Below are positions 40,947 through 48,522 of a stretch of 64,000 nt of DNA, in pieces; position 1 is the stretch's first letter, and the number at the start of each line of letters is the position of its first letter. Made by a program: the position numbers and the translations under genes. Under the pieces are notes generated by a model, which saw only the letters and a program-made list of their open reading frames with translations, searched no databases and was not told where the DNA came from. Location of the stretch: the NCBI GenBank assembly GCA_963664295.1, contig OY760935.1, positions 800,001-864,000 of the forward strand. Direction: 5' to 3'. This DNA is from Candidatus Altimarinota bacterium (GTDB taxonomy: Bacteria > Patescibacteriota > Gracilibacteria > CAIRYL01 > GCA-016699755).

Positions 40947-41678
40947 ATGAACTCAGAAGTTTACAAAAAAAACTTTACTATTGGAGAAATTCTTAGTTTT
41001 TCCTGGGAAATTTTTACAAAAAATTTCAAATTAATTGCGAGCTTATTTTTAAGCATATACATACCTCTAAGCATTTTAAGTTATAGAATTGCACTAAAAA
41101 CAAACGAAGAAAATCTTGTAAGAGAGTTAACACTAAATTTTATAATTGGCATAATTGCACTTGTTGCAAGCTTGGCGGTTATATATGTTGCCAAGCAAAC
41201 AATAGACAATAAATCCACAAATTTTACAGAATCTATTGAATTTGCTATTTCTAAGTGGCTACCAGCAATCACAACAAATATATTAATGGGAATACTTTTG
41301 GTAATACTTTTTATACTACTAATTGTTCCTGGGATAATTTTTTCTATCTATTGGGCATTTGTTTTGCCAATTGTGGCCCTAAAAGACATGCGCATGATGA
41401 AGGCTTTGGGTTATAGCAAAAGCATTGTGCAAGGAAGATGGTGGAAGCTTCTTGGCTATCTCGTAGTAATTACCATTGTAGGAATATTGGCTGGCATAGG
41501 TATTGGCATTGGCGAAGGAATAATAATATATGTTTTTTTGCAAATCACTAATAGCATGATTATACCTGTAATCATCATAAGCACCTTTAACGCCTTGATG
41601 ACTGCCTATTTTGTTGTTGTGTCTACTGTGCTTTTTGTTAACTTTGACAGCACAAAAAAATTGCCAACAAGCAACTAA
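40947..41678 (+). CDS. Integral membrane protein (YciC / GPDPase membrane-domain-like)
   Basis: IGEILSFSW, LLIVPGII and KALGYSKSIVQGRWW pattern. Confidence 0.75.
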   Translation: MNSEVYKKNFTIGEILSFSWEIFTKNFKLIASLFLSIYIPLSILSYRIALKTNEENLVRELTLNFIIGIIALVASLAVIYVAKQTIDNKSTNFTESIEFAISKWLPAITTNILMGILLVILFILLIVPGIIFSIYWAFVLPIVALKDMRMMKALGYSKSIVQGRWWKLLGYLVVITIVGILAGIGIGIGEGIIIYVFLQITNSMIIPVIIISTFNALMTAYFVVVSTVLFVNFDSTKKLPTSN

Positions 41679-41705
41679 TTTTCAAGATATATAATCCCAA
41701 CACCA

Positions 41706-42032
41706 ATGGTACCAATAGAATTTCTTAGGCAATTTCGCATCTTCGAATATGCTATTTTTGATTTTATAGCAGCATTTTTAGGTATGTACCTCCTTGCTCC
41801 ATTGTTATCAAAAATATTTCTTAAATTATTCAAACTTGATATACCAAAACATAATTGGCTATACCTAACCTTACCTATTGGTATTACAACCCACTTACTT
41901 GTTGGCAAGATAACTCCAATGACAAAAGATTTCATAGATCCAAGTGGACACTATATTGTAAAAATATTTATTTTAATATTATTATTTTTAGGTATTAGAA
42001 ATATAAAAATAAAAACAAATAAACCCAATTAA
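41706..42032 (+). CDS. Hypothetical small membrane protein
   Basis: LRQFRI..YAIFD...LPIGI..H.LVG..TPMT pattern with 3 TM segments. Confidence 0.7.
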   Translation: MVPIEFLRQFRIFEYAIFDFIAAFLGMYLLAPLLSKIFLKLFKLDIPKHNWLYLTLPIGITTHLLVGKITPMTKDFIDPSGHYIVKIFILILLFLGIRNIKIKTNKPN

Positions 42033-42075
42033 AACACTACTTCCCCTCTTAGATAAAACCCGCTAAAATAAACCC

Positions 42076-43098
42076 ATGAATACATTTGGGAAAAATTTTC
42101 GGGTCACAAGTTTTGGTGAATCCCATGGCACAGCCCTTGGCGCTGTGATAGATGGTTGTCCTGCGGGATTAAAATTAAAATTAACTGATATCCAAAAAGA
42201 GCTTGATCGCAGAAAACCAGGTCAAAGCAAAATAACCACCCCTCGCAAAGAAAAAGACCAAGCAGAAATTCTTAGTGGAATTTTTGAAGATAAAACCTTA
42301 GGCACACCAATAGCGATAATAGTTCGCAACAAAGATGCAAAAAGCAAAGATTATAAAAAATTAAAAAATATTTTTCGTCCAGGCCACGCAGATCAAATAT
42401 GGGAAGAAAAATATGGACACAGGGATTATCGTGGAGGCGGAAGAAGTAGCGGGCGCGAAACAATTGGACGCGTTATTGGCGGAGCAATTGCAAAAAAACT
42501 CTTAGGCAAAACAAAAATAATTGCTCACACAGAAGTTGTTGGAAATATTTTTGCAGAAAAATTTAATATTAAAGAAATTGAAAAAAACCCTTTGCGTTGC
42601 GCAGATAAAAACAAAGCCAAAGAAATGATGGAAGCAATTAAGCAAGCACAGAAAGAAAAAGATTCTCTTGGTGGCATTGTGCGTATTGAAATTATCAATC
42701 CTCCAAAATATTTAGGTGAACCTGTTTTCGAGAAACTGCAAGCACGACTTGCTGAAGCACTTTTATCAATTGGTGCTGTACGCAGTTTTGAATTTGGCTC
42801 TGGCTTGTGTGTTGCAGACATGAAAGGCAGTGAACAAAATCTAGAAAAAGAAGGTATTTCAGGAGGAATATCTACTGGAAACAATATTTCCATTGCTATT
42901 GCAGTTAAGCCAACTCCTAGCATTGCCCAAAAACAACAAGCACTAAACAACAAGGGTAAAAAAGTTGATATTGAAATAAAAGGTCGCCATGACCCTGTAA
43001 TTATTCCACGCCTAATCCCAGTTGCCGAAGCAATGTGTGCTATGGTTCTTGCTGATCTTTTACTTGAACCACCTTCTTTTGTTTCTCAATTAAAATGA
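42076..43098 (+). CDS. aroC: Chorismate synthase
   Basis: FGESHG, RPGHAD, RGGGRSSGRET, DSLGG, GGIS, KPTPSI and GRHDP. Confidence 0.96.
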   Translation: MNTFGKNFRVTSFGESHGTALGAVIDGCPAGLKLKLTDIQKELDRRKPGQSKITTPRKEKDQAEILSGIFEDKTLGTPIAIIVRNKDAKSKDYKKLKNIFRPGHADQIWEEKYGHRDYRGGGRSSGRETIGRVIGGAIAKKLLGKTKIIAHTEVVGNIFAEKFNIKEIEKNPLRCADKNKAKEMMEAIKQAQKEKDSLGGIVRIEIINPPKYLGEPVFEKLQARLAEALLSIGAVRSFEFGSGLCVADMKGSEQNLEKEGISGGISTGNNISIAIAVKPTPSIAQKQQALNNKGKKVDIEIKGRHDPVIIPRLIPVAEAMCAMVLADLLLEPPSFVSQLK

Positions 43099-43820
43099 GA
43101 AAAAAAATCATAGAATTAACAAAAAACTTCCAGAATTTTTTCCAAAAAACTGGAGCAAAAAAAGCAATTATTGGTGTTTCCGGAGGAATAGACTCCGCTT
43201 GCTCACTTGCTCTTTCTGTGCGTGCATTGGGAGCAAAAAATGTAATTGCTCTACTAATGCCACACAAAGATTTTTCTAGCAAAAAAAATCTCCAAGATGC
43301 AGAAAGTCTTGTTAAATCTCTTGAAGTTGAATATCAAAAAATAGAAATTTCTCCTTTTACTAAACAATTTTTTGATCTCAATTTTGCAAAAAAAGATTTT
43401 ACCAGAGCAAATCTTATGGCACGTGTGCGCATGGTCTTGCTTTATGCTCTGGCGAATGAAAAAAACGGCCTAGTCATTGGCACTTGTAATAAAACCGAAA
43501 TTTTAATTGGCTATTTTACAAAATATGGTGATGGCGGAGCAGATGTGGAACTCCTCGGCTCCCTTTGGAAAACCGAAGTTTTTGAACTCGCAAAAAAACT
43601 TGGCCTACCAGAAACTTTTTATACCAAAAAACCAAGCGCAGAGTTATTTGAAAACCATTATGACGAAGATGAAATTGGGGTAAATTATGCAGAAATAGAT
43701 AAAATTCTTCAAAAAATAGAAACTAATAATAAATTCAAACCGCAAACAAAAGCTGAAAAAAAGGTATTTTCTTTGTATCAAAACTCAAATCACAAAAGAC
43801 ACTTGCCTCCTATTATTTAA
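43095..43820 (+). CDS. nadE: NH3-dependent NAD+ synthetase
   Basis: GVSGGIDS, ANLMARVRM, GYFTKYGDG and PSAEL. Confidence 0.95.
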   Translation: MRKKIIELTKNFQNFFQKTGAKKAIIGVSGGIDSACSLALSVRALGAKNVIALLMPHKDFSSKKNLQDAESLVKSLEVEYQKIEISPFTKQFFDLNFAKKDFTRANLMARVRMVLLYALANEKNGLVIGTCNKTEILIGYFTKYGDGGADVELLGSLWKTEVFELAKKLGLPETFYTKKPSAELFENHYDEDEIGVNYAEIDKILQKIETNNKFKPQTKAEKKVFSLYQNSNHKRHLPPII

Positions 43821-43852
43821 TGTGGCAAAATTAGACACCAATTTTTATTATC

Positions 43853-44233
43853 ATGAAAACTCCCCAAGAAAATATACCAGAAGCAAAGAAAAAGCCTGAA
43901 TTGGTGTTAGTAAAAAATCACTTAACAATAATTGCGCATATTTTTAGCTCTGAATTTGCTACGGCAATGCGCACCGAGCCAATAAGCGGACAAAGCTCTG
44001 GCGCAAAAACAGAAAATACTATTCGTGCCAAAGCACGCGTGTTACACAGATTGCATGAAACAGCTCAACAAACATTAAACAATCCTGAACATGAAGCAAA
44101 AGAATTTACTGAATTACAAAAAGCAATAAAAGAAGCTGTGCAAGAGCTTACTCCAGAGGAAATAATGAAAACTGTAGAAAAAATTCGTAATAAAATAGGC
44201 GGAAAAAATTCTATTATTTACCGCTCAAAATAA
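43853..44233 (+). CDS. Hypothetical protein
   Basis: 126-aa helical ORF with its own promoter (43803-43831). Confidence 0.6.
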   Translation: MKTPQENIPEAKKKPELVLVKNHLTIIAHIFSSEFATAMRTEPISGQSSGAKTENTIRAKARVLHRLHETAQQTLNNPEHEAKEFTELQKAIKEAVQELTPEEIMKTVEKIRNKIGGKNSIIYRSK

Positions 44234-44283
44234 TTTGACTTTTAAGCACTAAAAAACTAAACTTTTTAGGCGTTTTTCATCGT

Positions 44284-44360
44284 GTCACGGTAGCTCAGTT
44301 GGTAAGAGCGCAGGATTCATAACCCTGAGGTCGGGAGTTCAAATCTCCCCCGTGGCACCA
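44284..44360 (+). tRNA. tRNA with CAT anticodon, probably elongator tRNA-Met
   Basis: GTCACGG/CCGTGGC acceptor with paired 1:72 (so not initiator), TT-CAT-AA loop, GGGAG-TTCAAAT-CTCCC T-arm, CCA. Ile2 is not excluded. Confidence 0.9.
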
Positions 44361-44460
44361 TTTTTATCGAGGGCTTGCGTCGCCCCCCTCAGTGGCAAAG
44401 CCACTGAGACTCCCCCCTCTCGCTCACTTCATTCGCCTTTGGCGAATTATGTTCGCTATT
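44361..44460 (+). repeat. GC-rich palindromic (REP-like) element, copy 1
   Basis: Hairpins CTCAGTGGC-aaa-GCCACTGAG and ATTCGCC-ttt-GGCGAAT. Shares TTTATCGRGGGCTTGCGTCGC and TCGCTATT with 45526-45600. Confidence 0.7.
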
Positions 44461-44463
44461 TTT

Positions 44464-44517
44464 TTAGCAAAAATTATGACCCAGAGTGGAGCAAGCTAGA
44501 GTAAATATGGCACGATT
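44464..44517 (+). repeat. 54-bp direct repeat, copy 1
   Basis: 50/54 identical to 45474-45527. Confidence 0.9.
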
Positions 44518-44597
44518 ATAAAATTTCTAAATAAATATTTTTATATAAAACAAAAACCCCTATCATAAAAAGAAAGGGGCTTTCAAAAATTACAATC

Positions 44598-45317
44598 CTA
44601 CTCACCTTTTTTTAATACTTTATTAAGAATTGTATCTTTATCTATTTTCTTGGTGCAAAAAAACCAATCCTTACATTCCAATCCTTCTTCTTTCCCTTCC
44701 ATTCGGTCTTTTGCTGTATTACATGACCCAGCTGGTGAAATAATCACATCATCACCTGGTCTCCAATCAGCTGGAGTTGCAATACCAAATTCATCTGCAG
44801 TTTTCAAAGCGATCAATGTTCTATAAAGTTCATCAAAATTTCGACCAGTACTTAGTGGATAATATAAAATTGTTCTGATAACTCCTTTGGGGTCAATATA
44901 AAATACAGCGCGAACCGCTTTTGTATTACTTTCTCCAGGCTGAATCATTCCGTATTTTTTTGCAACATTCATTGTAATATCCTCAATTAACGGAAATTTA
45001 ACCTCAACATTTTTCATTCCTTTATATTCAATTTTATCTTTTATTGTTCTTAGCCACGCGATATGACTATACAAACCGTCAACAGAAAGACCAACAAGTT
45101 TGCAATTAGCTTCAGCAAATTTTTCTTCCATGCTTGCGAAAGTAATAAATTCTGAAGTACATACAGGAGTAAAATCAGCTGGATGACTAAAAAGTATTAC
45201 CCAATTCCCCTCATAGTCTTTCGGGAAATTTATGTCTCCCTGAGTTGTAACGGCTTTAAATTCTGGTGCCTTATCTCCAATTCTTGGCATAGAATTTATT
45301 TTTTCTTCATTTTCCAT
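44598..45317 (-). CDS. Peroxiredoxin (Prx6/TDXH-type)
   Basis: FSHPADFTPVCTSE, GRNFDE, TPADW and C-terminal CKDWFFC. Confidence 0.95.
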   Translation of the reverse strand: MENEEKINSMPRIGDKAPEFKAVTTQGDINFPKDYEGNWVILFSHPADFTPVCTSEFITFASMEEKFAEANCKLVGLSVDGLYSHIAWLRTIKDKIEYKGMKNVEVKFPLIEDITMNVAKKYGMIQPGESNTKAVRAVFYIDPKGVIRTILYYPLSTGRNFDELYRTLIALKTADEFGIATPADWRPGDDVIISPAGSCNTAKDRMEGKEEGLECKDWFFCTKKIDKDTILNKVLKKGE

Positions 45318-45473
45318 GTGTTTAAAGTTAAATTATTAAGTATTGCCATTTTAGAAAGTTATAAAAAATTATGCAATTTTTATTAGATTACAATTTGCAT
45401 ATCTTTGGTAAAGGGTAAATAAAACCTCTTCCTATGCCAAAAAGTAATTTGGCAATCCTATATTACCATTCGC

Positions 45474-45600
45474 TTAGCAAAAATTACGATCCAGAACGGA
45501 GCAAGCTAGAGTAAATATGGCACGATTTATCGGGGGCTTGCGTCGCTCTCACAAGTCTCCATTTTCTTGCTTAACTCAAATAAAGCTTAGCTCGCTATTA
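45474..45600 (+). repeat. 54-bp direct repeat copy 2 followed by degenerate REP-like element copy 2
   Basis: Matches 44464-44517, then matches 44363-44383 and the TCGCTATT end. Confidence 0.85.
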
Positions 45601-45643
45601 TTTTTATTCCTTATATAATAAAAATAATTTCACAAGCTTATAA

Positions 45644-46105
45644 ATGAAAAATTATCAAAAATTAATAATTGCTCTTATTTTGCCTTTCTTGGTCAGTTTT
45701 TTTGGACAAATATTTACAAATCCATCAATTGACACTTGGTACATTCTTTTAAACAAACCTGAATTAGCTCCACCCAATTGGGTTTTTGCTCCTGTCTGGA
45801 CAATATTATATTTAATGATGGGTTTTGCTTTTTATTTAGTCTGGAAAAATAAAAAACCAAAAAAAATTGCTATTTATTTTTTTATAATTCAATTAATTTT
45901 TAATGCAATTTGGTCTCCTGCTTTTTTTGGTTTTCATAAAATTTTAATTGCTTTAATTATTATTATAATTCTTGATATATTGGTAATTTTCACAATTTAT
46001 TTTTTCTTTAGAATAAATAAACATGCCTCTTTTTTACTTATTCCTTACTTAATCTGGATTTTATTTGCTAGTTTTTTAAATTATCAATTCCTAATTCTAA
46101 ACTAA
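45644..46105 (+). CDS. tspO: TspO/MBR tryptophan-rich sensory protein
   Basis: WYILLNKPELAPPNWVFAPVWTILY and LLIPYLIW..FA..LN. Confidence 0.92.
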   Translation: MKNYQKLIIALILPFLVSFFGQIFTNPSIDTWYILLNKPELAPPNWVFAPVWTILYLMMGFAFYLVWKNKKPKKIAIYFFIIQLIFNAIWSPAFFGFHKILIALIIIIILDILVIFTIYFFFRINKHASFLLIPYLIWILFASFLNYQFLILN

Positions 46106-46111
46106 TATTTT

Positions 46112-46522
46112 TTATTCCTCCAACATAATCCAATCGTCCATATTTGAATAAACACTTTTATCAAACTCAAAAGGACTAATTTCTTCAGCTTTTTTAATTT
46201 CAACCAAAACCAAGTATCGTTTTCCTACTCATCTTTTTTTCTGCACATCAGTAAAATTTAATTTATCCTGATTTTTTTCTACTAAGGCAACTGACTCTTC
46301 TTTGTCCATTTTTTCAGAATTAAAAACATTTTTCACAAAAGCCTGCAAAGAAATTATCCCCTCACCGTTATTTCTAATAAAATAAAGCAAATCGCCAACA
46401 TCAACACGACCATACGGCAATTTTCTACCTGTTGCCCCTCGAATAATCATATTTTTTTCTTTATTTATAATTTTTTCATACTCCTGCGCTTTTATATCAA
46501 GATAAACTACATGTTTTTTCAT
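46112..46522 (-). pseudogene. ASCH/PUA-like protein interrupted by one in-frame TGA (46229-46231)
   Basis: The frame continues after TGA as VGKRYLVLVEIKKAEEISPFEFDKSVYSNMDDWIMLEE to TAA at 46112. N-terminal K.MIIRG...GRVDVGDLLYF is ASCH-like. Confidence 0.7.
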
Positions 46523-46836
46523 TATTTCTGACTAAACCTATAACTAAGCCAAAAAAGACCCCCAACAATAAAAGGAGGAATATTCACAATTAAAACCCCA
46601 AGCCAGTCATCTTGATCAAAAAAGAACACTGAAAAAATTCCCAAAAATATATATAAACAAGCTCCAAATCTCTCCCATTTCCAAGCAATAAGTAAGGTTA
46701 ATAAAATAACCAAACTCGGCAAAGAGTGCATCAAAAAGCCAATTGAAAAAATTGGCTCATCAAAAGCAAAAAGTTCCAAAAAAAGAGCAAAAATAATAAT
46801 TGCTACTCTTGGTGTCCAAAATAAAAATTGTTTCAT
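46522..46836 (-). CDS. Small four-TM membrane protein
   Basis: W.PR...I.FALF..LFAFD, GFLMHSLP and IAWKWE..G pattern. Confidence 0.75.
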   Translation of the reverse strand: MKQFLFWTPRVAIIIFALFLELFAFDEPIFSIGFLMHSLPSLVILLTLLIAWKWERFGACLYIFLGIFSVFFFDQDDWLGVLIVNIPPFIVGGLFWLSYRFSQK

Positions 46837-46955
46837 AGAAATATTAAATTAACCTGAGCTTATTTTAATGTTTTTTTAAAATTACAACAATTTTTTAATC
46901 TTAAATTGTATTTATTATTTATTTTGAATTATTCTAGAAGAAATTAAGTTATTTT

Positions 46956-47648
46956 ATGGAGCAAAATCCCTTCAAAGACATTTTTATTTTCAAGCACTAT
47001 TCAACGCACGACAAAATGCAAGTTATTAAAGCGCTTGATTTTGCAAAAAACGCACACAAAAGCCAAAAAAGAGCTAATGGAGATCCGTATATAGTTCACC
47101 CTATTGCAGTTGCAAAAATAGTATTGGAACTAAAAGCAATTCCGGAAATTACGGAAGCTAGCCTTTTGCATGACACAATCGAGGATACTTCTGTTAATTT
47201 TGAAGATATTCATCATGAATTCGGCTTTCATGTGGCAAAAATAGTAAACACAGTATCAAAATCACACAAAATACAATTACTAGAGCATAATAGCGAAGAA
47301 GAACGCAAAGCTCTTCATCATATGTTTTTAGAGACAATCAAAGATCCAAAATCTGCACTGGTCAAAGTTGCGGACAGATTAAATAATATACGCACAATAG
47401 ACGCATTAACAGCAGAACAGGAAAACAGAATTTCTCGTGAAACAATTAAGGCTTATGTGCCACTTGCTTTTGAGATGGGAATTCCAAAAATAGCAGAAGA
47501 GCTCCACAATCTTGCAAAAAAACATCTAGATAAAAAAGCTTATAATCATGCACTTGAGGTTATGAAAAAATATGATCAAGAAATCAAAGAAAAAGGCTAT
47601 CACAAAGATGCAATTGACCACTGCGCATTTGAATTTTTTCAAACCTGA
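46956..47648 (+). CDS. Stand-alone RelA/SpoT-type HD domain ((p)ppGpp hydrolase-like)
   Basis: H..QKR.NGDPYIVHP..VA, LLHDTIEDT and VKVADRL.N. No synthetase domain. Confidence 0.85.
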   Translation: MEQNPFKDIFIFKHYSTHDKMQVIKALDFAKNAHKSQKRANGDPYIVHPIAVAKIVLELKAIPEITEASLLHDTIEDTSVNFEDIHHEFGFHVAKIVNTVSKSHKIQLLEHNSEEERKALHHMFLETIKDPKSALVKVADRLNNIRTIDALTAEQENRISRETIKAYVPLAFEMGIPKIAEELHNLAKKHLDKKAYNHALEVMKKYDQEIKEKGYHKDAIDHCAFEFFQT

Positions 47649-47697
47649 CCAAAATCAAAAAAAATGTTAGGATTTAATTGAATATTTTTTATAAAAA

Positions 47698-48441
47698 ATG
47701 ATTAAAATAGTCTTAATAAGACATGGACAAAGCACATGGAACAAAAAAAAGTTATTTACAGGCTGGACTGATGTCGATTTAACAGAACAAGGTGTACAAG
47801 AAGCTGAAAATGCGGGAAAAACCCTAAAAAAAGAGGGTTTTGAATTTGATATTGCTTATACCTCTCTTTTAAAAAGAAGCATAAAAACTCTCTGGATTGC
47901 TCTTGATAAAATGGATCAATGCTGGCTTACTGTCAAAAAATCTTGGAGATTAAACGAAAGACATTATGGCGCGTTGCAGGGCTTAAGTAAGGTAGAAACT
48001 GCAAAAAAACACGGTGATGAACAAGTTCATATTTGGAGAAGAAGTTATGATGTACCACCTCCACCACTTGAGGAAACTGATGAAAGATACCCAGGAAACG
48101 ATCCACGCTATAAAAACATAAATCCCCAAGACATACCAAAATCAGAATGCCTAAAAGACACAGTGGAAAGGTTCTTGCCATATTGGCACGAAGAAATTGT
48201 GCCTCAGCTTAAAAAAGGTAAAAAAATCATAATTGTAGCACACGGAAACTCTCTGCGAGCTTTAGTAAAATATCTAGACAATATTTCTGACCAAGAAATA
48301 ACAAAATTAAACATACCAACAGGTGTGCCATTGGTTTATGAATTAGACTATGATTTAAAGCCAATTAGTCATTATTATCTTGGTGACCAAGAAGCCATAA
48401 AAAAAGCCACAGAAGCAGAAAAAAACCAAACCAAAGCATAA
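47698..48441 (+). CDS. gpmA: 2,3-BPG-dependent phosphoglycerate mutase
   Basis: [20 protein letters not shown] and AHGNSLRAL. Confidence 0.97.
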   Translation: MIKIVLIRHGQSTWNKKKLFTGWTDVDLTEQGVQEAENAGKTLKKEGFEFDIAYTSLLKRSIKTLWIALDKMDQCWLTVKKSWRLNERHYGALQGLSKVETAKKHGDEQVHIWRRSYDVPPPPLEETDERYPGNDPRYKNINPQDIPKSECLKDTVERFLPYWHEEIVPQLKKGKKIIIVAHGNSLRALVKYLDNISDQEITKLNIPTGVPLVYELDYDLKPISHYYLGDQEAIKKATEAEKNQTKA

Positions 48442-48522
48442 AAAGAAAAACTCAATTTTTATCTTACTTTTACCTGGACAAAAAAAGTAAAAAATGTTAT
48501 AGTTATATAACTATAAATCTTA

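Noticed and set aside
44361-45600. CRISPR array or integron attC array
   Set aside because: Only two copies of each repeat, no regular spacers, no cas or integrase gene, and no clear RYYYAAC/GTTRRRY boxes.
46229-46231. Selenocysteine codon
   Set aside because: No Cys-type redox context and no evident SECIS-like hairpin downstream. The position is more consistent with Trp.
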